Source of the DNA: Atractiella rhizophila
Lineage: Eukaryota
Length of the DNA: 52,612 nucleotides
Direction: 5' to 3'
Assembly: GCA_021432655.1 (NCBI GenBank)
Contig: MU271498.1
Coordinates: forward strand, 1 to 52,612
Below the pieces are notes generated by a model, which was not told where the DNA came from, did not search any database, and saw only the letters and a program-made list of their open reading frames with translations. The translations under genes were made by a program, and so were the position numbers. This document shows, in pieces, positions 24,646-36,949 of the stretch (within the stretch, counting starts at the first letter, position 1; each line of letters begins with the position of its first letter).

Positions 24646-25703
24646 ATGTCCACCCCCACTGTCGAAGAACAGCTCGATCTCGCTAACCAACGAGCAGCTT
24701 TGGAAGAAGTCCTTTCAGCTAGTCGTGTCTATCTCACTGGCTCGTGCCTTCCTCCATCTCATGTGGGCTTAACCGAATGAGCGAACAGCTTGCTTTGCGA
24801 TCTATGGCTGGGACTTCATCCTCACTTTTCCAGGAGAATACAAGGCGATGTGGAAGGCTGAACGTTGGACGCCAGTCCGCCTCTCGTTCTTCTTCAATCG
24901 GTATTTTACAGCTCTCCAAGTTCGCCCAACAGAGGAAGACTCACCTCAGTATTCTGCAGCTACTGGGGCCTCCTGACTTTTGTTCTGGCGATGTGTCTTC
25001 TCTGGCTTGAATTTACCCCGAAAATGTGCAACAAGTTCCATATTCTCGAGCCTGCTGCCACGACCATTCTCTTTTGTGCGTCCGCCCATCTCAAACCACG
25101 GAGTTAAATAAGTATTGACAATCATGGGTGCAGTGAATTGCGAGTTTCTCCTCGGCACAAGAGTATGGGTAATGTGGAACCGTCGCAAATGGATCGCATA
25201 CTTCTTTGGGATATTTGCCATCGCTGGCACGGCTGTCCAGGTGCTGTCATTCGCTGAGGACGATACCCTGCGTTTGTACGTCTTCAAGGAAAACGAGACA
25301 CTTGTTGACCTGTGCTATAGACTACCTGGCTTGAGGGGTTGCATCTCGATCCGAGGACGCGACCAGTGATTCGTCTTCACGTCTATCTGGTATAAAAACT
25401 GACGTAATGTTTCGCGTAAAGCTACATATGGATTTATTGGTTCGTCGCGTGTTTCCATGATCAGACCGCTGATAATAACGACAGGGTCCCACTTCTGCTT
25501 TACGATACGACGGCGACGATTTTCATGCTCGTGTCAGCTAGATAAATTCCTCCCGACTTGTTCCTAACCTTTAACAGGCCACTCATCTCTCACTGGCGCG
25601 AAGCCCCTCCTACCCGCCTCATCTCAACCTTCTTGCGCGATGGCATCGCCTACTTCATCATCGTATCAATTTGCAATCTGGTTAACGTGGTTTACTTCTC
25701 GTT
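24646..25703 (+). CDS. DUF6533-type membrane protein, paralog 3, 5' part (interrupted in this assembly)
   Basis: MSTPTVEEQLDLA...ACFAIYGWDFILTFPGEYKAMWK...FLRDGIAYFIIVSICNLVNVVYF|gtt; forward similarity stops at 25703 and resumes at 36289. Confidence 0.85.
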
Positions 25704-28011
25704 ACTTGGAGCGACTCTGGAAGGAGGTCGTAATAGCACAACTACCATAACCTCTAGGTGAGACCTCACTTTAGCTGGTCTCAACGGACTCGACTAAAAC
25801 AGCGGACCTCTCGACTCTTCATCCCGAAGTAGAACAGTGCTTCTCTTAGACCCTCGCAGGGAGCCTCCTCAGGTACAGGCCGCCTACTTCTACTTACTAA
25901 CGGTCCAAAGGATACCACGTCTCGTGACGACGAGCAGGTTCAGCGCTGCACATGCTTTCGTCACTCTAAGAAAAGATCCTGTCGGTGTACAAGACAGAGT
26001 CGCGACTCCCGCATCAAGGTCACTTTACTCATGTACGTTTTCTCGCTTGGTGTGTCTTTGCCGCATCTCTACTAAGCGTCGTAGCATAAGGATTAAGTTG
26101 GTCAAGGTGTAAGGGTAGTCGCAGTAGAAAGTTCTGTAACTGGATCTACGGATCGGAACTAGGGCGGACTTTCGCATGCTTCTCTTCCTCCTGCTAACGT
26201 CTTTTAACAAGAAGGTTCGATACCTCACGACTAGCTTACGTCTATTTCGCGTCGCGGCATTGTTCTAAGCTTTCTGAGGGGTAAGTAGTGGTCTCCACTG
26301 CTCGTTCTCTCCTCCTAAGCGTCTCAGTGTCCTCTTTTAGATAGGACGGGGCGAGCTATCTAACCTGCTTACGTCGACAAGCTCTTAACAGTCGCACTTT
26401 GAAGAGCTTTCTCAGTTCTCTGACCTTCTCTTGTGACTTCGTGCCCGTAACGCGGACTTGTCATTTAGAAGTCCAAGTACGCGTCGCCGATGCTAGCTGG
26501 CACGGGACGATAAGTGTCTAGTCGTCTTCGTTCCGGCACCTGACGACTTACATCTTCATCTGCTAGCAAGCGGCATGAGAACTATTATCTCGGTATATTG
26601 AGAGCCCTGCCCGTACACCTGGCTCGTTAAGTTAACACGCTGCCGCGCATTACTATTGATGTATCTTCAATTGCTGACAGGACGTATGCCTCTTTCCAGA
26701 TCTTAAGTCGCTCTGTTATCTTGGCACGAGTTATACATCCTTTGCATAACCCTGTCTTATTGGACAGCTTTTACTCCACAGTAGTCTCACTGTCTTGCTT
26801 CTCTTCTGTAGGAAACGTTGTCGCGTACCAGCTGGTCAGGAGTGTGAAGAGGAAGCACGGTCATCTCTCGTAGCGGTGTTGGTTCGAGGAGCGGTACGTC
26901 GAGCAGTGTTGAGCGCCGAAGCTAGCGTCGGATAGACGGACGAAATAGGAGGGGAAGTGACGGGAAGAGAGATCGTAGTAGCAGGTCAACATCCTTGCTT
27001 TCGCCTTGCTGTCACTTCCCTGGTCAAAGCCTCTTCTCACATCAACAATTGTCAGACTCAACCCTACGATCCTACTACATCCACTCTACCTCTCGCTCCT
27101 TTCACGTTAGTAATGACACGGCGACAATAAGTTAAAAGATCGGAACCTCTATCTCCTCGTCGCGTGCCTATACAAACGTTAATCCCGGTCTTTAGCGTAT
27201 CGTGTGCTTTCTCTCTTTCCTTTGTATGTGCCGAATATAGGTTGGCACGCGTGGTATGCACAGTTTAAGCTGGGCTTTGTCTTGCTTATACAGCCATGTC
27301 CAGGTTACCGTTTACAGTATAGAACAAATGTTGGTACAGGCGTCTGTGTTCCCTTTCTAAATGTGGCGTCCCTATCGTGAATTTTGAATACGTCGCATAC
27401 CTGTCACACGCTCGGCAAGGCCAGTGCGGTTGGCGCAAAACGTTGCTTACTCGTTGTCTACTATCATAACCCGTTATGGACCCATTCTAGCTAGTCTAAA
27501 CTCACTTTTGACGTAGTAATAAAGAAGAAAGGTGGTCGTGGGAGTAGTCTGCGTGCTATTAGAGAGAGATCTGGAAGCCGTAGGAGGCGTCGGAGCTCAG
27601 ATAGAAAGGGACAATCCCCCTGGAAAGAGTGTTCCACCATCTGTCTGGAGAAAAGGTGCAAACAGAGGTGAAGTTGTAATTGGTAGTGTTGACGTAATGA
27701 TTGGACGTTGGGGGGGAGATAAGCGGAAGGATGTCACACTTACACACGTAGACCACCAAGCGCTTTTAGACCGGCCAATTTCGAGGATTTGAAACCTTGA
27801 CACAATTAAGCAGGTCTTCTCGGTGACGCCGACGACGGAGGAAGAGCACTCAAACTTGGTCCCCGTTGTCTGGCTTCTACCTCGTGCTAAGCTCTTCAGT
27901 ACTAGCAGCACTTACAGTCTCATTCGCCTGTCAAGTCTCAACCCAACTAAAGACAACCCTACGACATCATAGTGCAACCAAATCCTCTTAGAAACCGACT
28001 TCCACCAATGC
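25704..28011. repeat. Mirror (reversed, non-complemented) block, left part; probable assembly artefact
   Basis: Read backwards without complementing: 27708->26801 matches 36289-37213 nearly exactly; 28011->27709 is the missing 303 bp of paralog 3; 26800->25704 is a diverged version of ~37214-38300. Confidence 0.93.
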
Positions 28012-28269
28012 NNNNNNNNNNNNNNNNNNNNNNNNNNNNNNNNNNNNNNNNNNNNNNNNNNNNNNNNNNNNNNNNNNNNNNNNNNNNNNNNNNNNNNNNN
28101 NNNNNNNNNNNNNNNNNNNNNNNNNNNNNNNNNNNNNNNNNNNNNNNNNNNNNNNNNNNNNNNNNNNNNNNNNNNNNNNNNNNNNNNNNNNNNNNNNNNN
28201 NNNNNNNNNNNNNNNNNNNNNNNNNNNNNNNNNNNNNNNNNNNNNNNNNNNNNNNNNNNNNNNNNNNNN
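28012..28269. other. Assembly gap (258 N)
   Basis: Run of N. Confidence 0.99.
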
Positions 28270-31200
28270 ACGCTTCACAGTCGAACGCTTCACGGCTTCA
28301 ATGTTTCATTTTATTACGTCGAGAATGAAGCCACACACAGAGCTGAAGATTCATAATATGCTCCGAATGAATTTTTCAGCCTGTTCATAGATTTGATCAA
28401 AGCATGAACATCATACAGCTCATACACATCACTTCGAAGCATAACGTTGAAATAGACTCGGAGGTTCTCACCACGTCCTGCTGTCCATTGCTCTCCTCAG
28501 CGTACAGTACTTGATCTCACACATCGGATGGCTTAGCACTCCTTTCATGGTGGCTTTCATGGTTGCCCTAATACGAAATTGAGAACTCCGAGAGGGAACT
28601 GAAGTGAGCTCTTCCCAAACAGAAACAAACACTTGTTTACCATAGCCACCACGTAGCAGCGAGCGCTCCGCAGAGCTTTCCGATACTGCATAGGAGGGGA
28701 CATCTAACTTATTCTTCATCAGTCTACAAAATTTCTCAGCATTTCATAATGGATCAGCATTCCACCTCCTCCTTCCTCCGTCGCTCATCCCGTCCACCAG
28801 CCGCGGAATATCCCCAGGCATATCCCTTCAAACGTGCCCTAGCCTCAGCCTCAAAGAAGAAACGGGCAGGCAAGAGGGCCCCCGCGGACCTCCCGCCGTC
28901 CTCCTCCTTCTACGTCTCCTCCCTCCCCGGCCTCCCTGCCTCCTCTACACTCTCCATGTTCGCGGGCCACCTCTCCTCCGCTGCAACTTCCCCAACTTCT
29001 GCTTCAACAACGCCTGGAGACCCAAACCTTTTCTTTCTTTTGATGAAGAATAGACATATCGCTGATCGTCCCAGACTTATCATTTGGTTTAATGGTATGT
29101 GTTCTCTTCCAACTCTTTCAAAGCCAGGATTAGGGTAGAGGTGTTAATGTGTGCTTGTTTGGGCAACGAAAGGTGGCCCCGGATGCTCGTCCTTCGATGG
29201 TGCTATGATGGAGATTGGACCGTGGCGATTAAAAGGAGGGGAGCTGCGGGAAGTGGAAGGTGGATGGAACGAGTATGCAAACGTATTATTCGGTCCGTCC
29301 TCTCCTCGTTGAATGGTCTTATGGTGGACTTATCATGAAATGGATTGGACGGAAGTCGACCAACCTGCTGGCACGGGTTACTCAACCGTCAATACGGATG
29401 GATATGTTCATGAGTTGGGAGAGGTCGGAAGTCAGATGGTATCTTTCTTGAGGAGGTTCTACGACGTCTTCCCAGAGTATGAATACATGGAGGTGCGGTT
29501 CTCCCTCTTTACCAATAAAGTAAACATCTAACGCGTTACCTGTTGCTTTGTGATGATTGGTAGACATATTTAGCTGGAGAGAGCTACGCAGGCCAATACA
29601 TACCCTACATCGCCTCCTCCATCCTCTCCACCACTCTCGTCAATCCACCACTAAAAGGTCTCCTAATAGGCAACGGCTGGATCGATCCCGTCTCGCGTTC
29701 GTCTTCTCCCTCTTTCTTTGCTTCTCTGCACTCCACGATGTGAGGAAAGCCAACAAACGGCGGCTAGATAGAATACCCTGCATATCTAGACATGGCACTC
29801 GAGTCCTCACTCATCAAACGTGGAACGCAGGCGTTCAAGGACGTGGAAGGAGCGACGAAGAGGTGTAATGCGACGTTGGAGGCGATGGAACGTTCCGAAG
29901 GCGGGGTGAAGGTGCATGTTGGAGCTTGTGAGCGCATACTCAGTCTCATCACCGACAAAACGCTCCTAACGTACGTTTCCCTCCTACCCTTTCCCCTTTG
30001 CCCTCCGCACAATCGAAATCGAAATCACATTGAACGTTTGTTGACTGTTTTTGCCGCACAGGGTGAATGGCCAACAGGTCTGCGTGAACAACTACGACGT
30101 CCGTCTAACCGATTCATATCCCTCCTGCGGCATGAATTGGCCTCCAGACCTGACAGAGGTCACTCCTTACCTCTCTCGTGAAGACGTCAAGCAGGCGTTC
30201 CACGCGCAAAAGAAGCAAGGAAACTGGCATGAATGTGCTGGAGATGTGGGAGCGAACTTTTGGGCGTCGGAGAGCAAACCCGCAGTGGAACTTTTGCCGG
30301 CATTGTTGGAGAAGGTCGAGGTGTTGCTGTTTGCTGGAGACCAGGGTCTGTTTAGACCTTAAGTTCGTTTGATGAGACTGAGGGCAGATGTAGATTTGAT
30401 TTGTAATCATCGAGGGATAGAAGCTTTGATCGATCGTTTAACCTGGCAAGGAGTGAAGGGCTGGGGCGTACGCCTCCCTGTTCATCTTCACGACAGATAT
30501 AACCTGGGATTCTAGGACGCAGTAGCAGAAGATTGGTTCGTCTCCTCCGTCAAATCAGGCACCTGGACCCGCTCCCGAAATCTAACCTACGCCCTCGTCC
30601 ACGGTGCCTCCCACATGGTTCCATACGACGTTCCCCTCGTTGCACAAGACATGGTCCTCCGTTTCATGGGCGTCGACCTCCTCGCCGCCTCCGGCGAAGG
30701 CGGACGTGTACCCTCGCGCGTCGGAGACGAAGAGGTGGAGGCTGTCGTCGGACAGACGAGCTCGAATGTCGGCACGACGAAGGAGGAGGATGATGGCGGG
30801 ATGGGAGTCAAGGAGGAGGAGTATGCGAATGTCGGGTCGGCTGCTTTTATCATTTTGTTGTTGGGGGCTGGTGTCGCCATCTTTTGGTTCTTTCGCCGGA
30901 AGAGTCGCGGTGGCAGCGGAAGTGGTGGGAGGAAGGGGAAGATTGCCGTTGGTGGTGGAGGGAGGGAAGAGAGGGATAGGATGAGGAGCGCAGAAGAGGG
31001 GAGGGAACATGAACTTCAGATGTTGATGAGTGAGGGAGAGGTGTTTGCTGTCGGTGACGAGGAGGAGGATGGGGAAAGGGAGGATAAACGGAGGGAAGGG
31101 AAGGATTAATTGTCTGCTTTAGATTCATCATCGCATTAATTTGTTTTGGTATCATCTGCCTGCCTGGACTTGTAATGGATGGACTTTACTCTTTCGTTAA

Positions 31201-31498
31201 GTCACGTTGGTGTGTCGCGTCACAACCTACAGACGTGGCCATTACATGCATCCAATCATGCTGCACTCGGGAGCCGACTCAGGTGCACTGCTGGTACTCC
31301 CTTTACGTAAACTTGCACGGCACCAAACTTGCTGCACCGCCTTCGGACTAGAGCTCCGAAGTAGAAGCAGTTGCAACATAACAAAACGAAAGGCGGGTCG
31401 GGACATGAGAGTTCGATATGTCTAATCAAGCGGGACTCCAGAGCTTGGCACCTATAAAAAGGATTATCAGACCTAACCTTCACGGAGGTTGGGAAGAT
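28270..31498 (+). repeat. Direct near-identical duplicate of 38465-41746 (KEX1 locus), flanked by gaps
   Basis: Both begin acgcttcacagtcgaacg and end ggaggttgggaagat; they differ by scattered SNPs, one largely replaced intron and an 18-nt indel in the 3' flank. Confidence 0.95.
28749..31109 (+). CDS. KEX1: Pheromone-processing serine carboxypeptidase KEX1 (S10), copy A
   Basis: [76 protein letters not shown] helix and acidic tail; start codon uncertain. Confidence 0.9.
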
Positions 31499-31523
31499 NN
31501 NNNNNNNNNNNNNNNNNNNNNNN
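31499..31523. other. Assembly gap (25 N)
   Basis: Run of exactly 25 N. Confidence 0.99.
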
Positions 31524-34500
31524 TGGGGGGGAGATAAGCGGAAGGATGTCACACTTACACACGTAGACCACCAAGCGCTTTTAGACCGGCCAATTTCGAG
31601 GATTTGAAACCTTGACACAATTAAGCAGGTCTTCTCGGTGACGCCGACGACGGAGGAAGAGCACTCAAACTTGGTCCCCGTTGTCTGGCTTCTACCTCGT
31701 GCTAAGCTCTTCAGTACTAGCAGCACTTACAGTCTCATTCGCCTGTCAAGTCTCAACCCAACTAAAGACAACCCTACGACATCATAGTGCAACCAAATCC
31801 TCTTAGAAACCGACTTCCACCAATGCTTGCTCTTCATTTGGTGCAATTGGTCTAACGTTTAACTATGCTACTACTTCATCCGCTACGGTAGCGCGTTCTT
31901 CCAACTCTACTCCGCCCATCCTCCCCGAAGCGCGGTCACTCTCTACTCACCGGACAATTTCCAATCCTTGTTCAGCCCTCCTTAAATAGATCGACTGTGC
32001 TCGTACTTTTAGCAGCGGCAGCATAGCATTTCGTCTTCACCCTGGGACAGCAATAATAGTCGCCAGACTAGTACCTTTGTGCGCTGCTTGGTTATTTAGG
32101 TATACATCGAAATGCGCTTTGTAATGCAGTCAAAAATATGGTCTATCTGCACTTCTGCTTAGTGACCAGCGCAGGAGCCTAGCTCTACGTTGGGGAGTTC
32201 GGTCCATCAGATATCGTGTCCAGTTGTTCACAGAGCAAAAGGAACTTCTGCATGTTTGCGTCCCATAGCAGGAGTCGCTTACTGTCGTGGACCTGTCGGC
32301 ACGGTCGCTACCGTTTATAGGGTTTCTTCATACGCTAGGTAAACGCTGCCAAGGTGTAATGGGTATGAGAACACGGCTCCTCTTTGAGCGTTAAGTGACG
32401 TGGGTACTAACAGTTATGAATAAATTGAGGCACCAAACTCTACCCGCCTGCGTGTTTTCTCTTACCAGCACCGTCGTCCGAGCTCTTATACCTTGAACAA
32501 CGTGTAAAAGCCCCATTTAAGTTCGGTCTCTTCTGTGTAGCGGTCTTGTTTTCAGTCCTCCGGGGTCATCGACGTCTTATGACTCCACTCAGAAGGAGAC
32601 AACCCGCTTGAACCTCTCGACATTTTATGGCTAACTTCTTCTTGCTCTCCGCCTGACCGCAGGTTGCAAGTCGGAAGGTGTAGCGGAACATAAGAGGACC
32701 TTTTCACTCCTACTTCAGGGTCGGTATCTAGCGTTTCGTTCGACAAGCGAGTAAGCCAATTCGGGTGTACTCTACCTCCTTCCGTGCTCGGTCACTCTAT
32801 CTGTGCTGATCGACTTTCCTGAAGAAGGTTTCGACGAGCAACCAATCGCTCTAGCTCGACAAGAAGCTGTCACCCCCACCTGTACTGACGGTTCACGGTT
32901 CCATGAGTCCTTTAAACCCTCCTTATACCTCAGAGGTCGATTCTGACCGGTTCTCCGTTTCTACGAAACGACGAAAATATACAGCGCAAACTTAATGACA
33001 TTCAAACTTCAACGAGACAAGACTTGCAAGAAGAACGGTACTTCGAGAGTCTTTCGGAACCGGAACGTTTATTTTTTTTAACTTTTTGTGACCTATGTTC
33101 ACAGTCTTCCTCTGGGTGGGTAACCTGAACTACCTGGAGTTGCCACCAATTGCAAAGTTGACGCTCTTGCTTACTTCCTATAAAGATAGGTATCGAGACA
33201 GTGGTATCAGCCCGCTCTTTAAACGAAGACGTAACGCAACCATCTGGAAGACTGTCACCTCTTATTGGCATTGTAAGAGCCTTGCTGTAATGTCCTGGAA
33301 GTCGCAGTGGAGGACAGGTGTCTCGTATAAAAGAGTATAAAGCAGCTGACCCTCCTGCCTTAGACACTCGTTTGAATAGTGCTAGGGTTTCGTGACACAA
33401 AATTTGCGACTACGGATTTAGTTAGGAGATAGTCGAGAAATCTGCTGAGATCTTCCCCAAGTACTACCTTCTGTTTGGGATCTAACGAACGTGCGTCGGA
33501 CTCCTAACTTGAGACAAAGCAGATCTCTCACCAAGACTTGTATGTTATTAGCCTGTTCGCAAAAGTATGCGACGTGGCCTTACAGTACTCAATCTGTCAT
33601 TAAGCGAAATTCATAGGTATTCACAACCTATTGGATACGCAAAGGTTGGAGCTGACGTTCCTGGATGTTCTCTCTTTCCATTCTTATGGAGCTTTTCCAA
33701 ACAGATCGCTGTTTGGTCAGGTACGCCATAACGAAAGGAAGCTTTTACCCAACCACAACTGGCCCTCTCTATCGCGCTTGAATTGCTGAACGTCCTGGAG
33801 TAGGCGAACGGTGTGCGACATCACAGCACCGACGTAGTACTTCCTTTAATACGGGAAACAAATCTAGCGCACAAGGTCTATAACGTAACTGTCGATTTCT
33901 ATCGAAATTGGTACCTAGGTTCGATAATCTCTCTCGTCTGGAAGTTGTACCTCTAATGGACTATTGGACTCCAAGCTTTCAACGAACGACTTCATGTAAA
34001 AGCGTCCCAAGCTCTCTCTCGGACGTCATTCGACAACTATCCGGTATAACTTTATGACGGAAATTATAACCTAAGCGCTTTCCTTGCTCTCCTTGTCCTT
34101 TCTTCTTACACGCGCAGCAGGAGAGGGGTTGGTGCTTGGCAGCCAACAGATAATATATATATTGAAAAACTAAAGATCAGGACAGCATCTTTCCGTCTTC
34201 TCTTTTACCAAGCCGGCAACGATCTGTTACGATACGAATGTCGGAGCTGACTCCTTAGATCTATCATATAGAAGTTCACAGGGCGCGTGCTCTTTGACCT
34301 TTTTCTATGTACTGGAAGGTTAATTGGGTAGGGCCAATTCGAAACATCAATTCAGTACACATCACGCGGTTAGATTACTACCGCCTCTGTCCCACACTAG
34401 GACCTGTTATGGCGCATTCGCCCGTAACCGCAATAAAGAAGAGTTAACGTATACGTAGTAGACTGCTTGCTATCAGAGAGAGAACTGGAAGGCATAGGAG

Positions 34501-36288
34501 TGCTCGGAGTTCAGATAGAAAGGATAATCCTAGGATCTAGTTTGTATATTTAACCCGCCGTTTGTCTGGAGAAAAGGTGCAAATAAAGACAGAGTTGTAG
34601 TTGAGAGTGTGGAGGTATTGACTCTACATCTAGGGGGAGAGAAGCATAGGGGGAGGGATATGGTACTCTTACGCTCAGACCACTAAAAGCTTGTAGTCCA
34701 AATAACTCTCTGGCTTTAAAACCTTGGCATAATGACGCAGGTAATCTCGGTGACACCGACGAGCGTGGAGGGAGGGCGCTCAAGCTTAATCTTCGCTGTC
34801 TAGCATCCACGTCATGTTACGCCCTGCGGTAATAGCCACACTTACACTCCCATTCGCCTCTCAAGTTTCAACCTAACTGAAGACGTCCCTACGACACAAC
34901 GTTTACGTCCAATTACTCTCTTTCGGACTGACCTTTATTCTTGATGCTTGCTCTTCATTTGGTGCAACTGATGCAACGTCTAACTATGATACTACTTCAT
35001 CTCCTAAGGTAGTGCGTATTTCCAGCTCTCCTCCGCGCATTCACCACGCAATGCGCTGACTCACTACTCACCTGAAAACTCCTGAATCGTCTGTCGGTCT
35101 GCCCTCAAATCCACTGCGTGTGCTCGTACTTATAGCAACGGCAACACAGTATCTCCTCTTCGCCTTGGGATTCGGAGGTAAGTAGTTACATTACGGATTC
35201 AACCTTCCTCTGTGTTTGGTTATGTCGGTATACATCGACATTCTTCCTAGTCGTACCAATAAGGGTGTAACCACTTCTGTTTAGTGAAAACCAGAGGAGA
35301 CTGTCTCTACGTGGGGGAGTTCGGGCCGTCAGATTTCGTGAGCAGACGTAAAAGAAAGGGCACTGGATCACTGGACTTACGAATGTTTCCGTTTCAAAAC
35401 AGGGGTCGTTTGCTGGTGTGAACTTATCGCCACGGAGGTTACCGCTTATAGCGTTTCTTTATTCGTTGGGTAAGTGCTGCCAAGGTATTATGGGTCTGAG
35501 ACCGTGGTTCCTCCTTGAGCGTCAAGTGAAATGGCTATAATACAGTCAGTAAAAATATAACATAACGCTCCTCACCTGAGCGTTTTCTCTTACCACCACC
35601 GCTGTCCGAGCTCTTACACTTGGAACAGTGTGCAAAAACCGCACTTGAACTTGGTCTCGTCCGTGTAGCGGTCCTGCTTGCAGTTCTATGGGGTCATCGA
35701 AGCTTTTAACAATGTACTCGGAAGACCATTGCACTTTAAGCTTCTCTCTTTTGCATGGCTAACTTCTTCTTGCTCTGAGCCTGACCACAGGTGGAGGGGC
35801 GGAAGGTGTACCTTGCCATAAGCAAACCCTTGCAGTCCTATTTCAGGGTCGGTATCTCGCGTTTCGTCCGACGGGAGTCAAATCAGTTCAAGGCGACGCC
35901 TCGCTCCTTTCGCGCTTGGACACTCTATCTATGCTGAGCATCTTTCCTGAAGGAGGTTTTGACGTGCGGCGTATCGCTCTAACTCGACAAGAAGCTGTAA
36001 TTGTAAACATCCTAGTAGACTACTACTGTACCGGGAACACACGGTTCCTCGAGCACTCCTCTCGGCGATTCTTCCTTTCTCCGACCCGGCGAAATATTGA
36101 GAACAAACTTACATCTGACAAGACTTTCGAGAAGAACGAACTTTGAGAGCCGTCGAGAACCGGATCGTGTATTTGTTATGCGCGGGCGCTACTTCTTCTG
36201 CTTAAGTCTTATTCCATCGACAACTTGGTTTCCCTTGACTTGCGAGTGGCAAGTTGTCACCACGTCCTTTGCTTGCTTTTCATTTAGG
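31524..36288. repeat. Mirror (reversed, non-complemented) block, right part; probable assembly artefact
   Basis: 36288->31827 read backwards matches 21244-25703 almost base for base (coordinate sum 57532 to 57530); 31524-31826 is an exact repeat of 27709-28011. Confidence 0.95.
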
Positions 36289-36479
36289 TGCAGGTTAGTA
36301 ATGCAGTTGTGATGGTTAATGTTGAAGTGGAGACAAACGTGGAAAAGAGGTCTGTCTACCCCCTTGTGAGAAAGGTCCCCCTAACAGGGAAAGATAGACT
36401 CGAGGCTGCGGAGGATGCCGAAGGTCTAGAGAGAGATTATCGTGCGTCTGATGAGGGTGCTGGTGGAAAGAAGAAATAA
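36289..36479 (+). CDS. DUF6533-type membrane protein, paralog 3, 3' part
   Basis: QVSNAVVMVNVEVETNVEKR|intron|LEAAEDAEGLERDYRASDEGAGGKKK*, homologous to the tail of paralog 2. Confidence 0.85.
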
Positions 36480-36949
36480 TGATGCAGTTTTCACTCAAAT
36501 CTGATCGATCTTACCCAGGTATTGCCCAATACTATCATCTGTTGCTCATTCGTTGCAAAACCCGGTTGGCGTGACCGGAACGGCTCGCACACTGTCCATA
36601 CGCTGCATAAGTTTTAAGTGCTATCCCTGCGGTGTAAATCTTTCCCTTGTGTCTGCGGACATGGTTGTAAACAAGATATGACATTTGACATTGGACCTGT
36701 ACCGACATATTCGTTCTGTTTCGGGTCGAATTTGACACGTATGGTGCGCACGGTTGGATATAAGCCGTGTATGTTTCCTTTCTCTCTTTCGTGTGCTATG
36801 CGATTTCTGGCCCTAATTGCAAACATATCCGTGCGCTGCTCCTCTATCTCCAAGGCTAGAAAATTGAATAACAGCGGCACAGTAATGATTGCACTTTCCT
36901 CGCTCTCCATCTCACCTACATCATCCTAGCATCCCAACTCAGACTGTTA

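Noticed and set aside
27972..28328. ORFs spanning the N run
   Set aside because: Open only because N codons are not stops.
31830..36200. Diverged ~3.1-kb tandem repeat with codon-periodic changes and aligned TAA/TAG/TGA, suggesting an alternative genetic code
   Set aside because: The periodicity comes from the mirrored DUF6533 paralogs 2 and 3; the stops result from translating mirrored sequence.
25704..36288. RIP-mutated transposon or endogenous virus interrupting paralog 3
   Set aside because: No TE or viral motifs, and the block is explained as a letter-reversed copy of its flanks.
24646..36479. Paralog 3 as a pseudogene with a deleted exon
   Set aside because: The missing 303 bp is present in mirrored form and restores an open frame.
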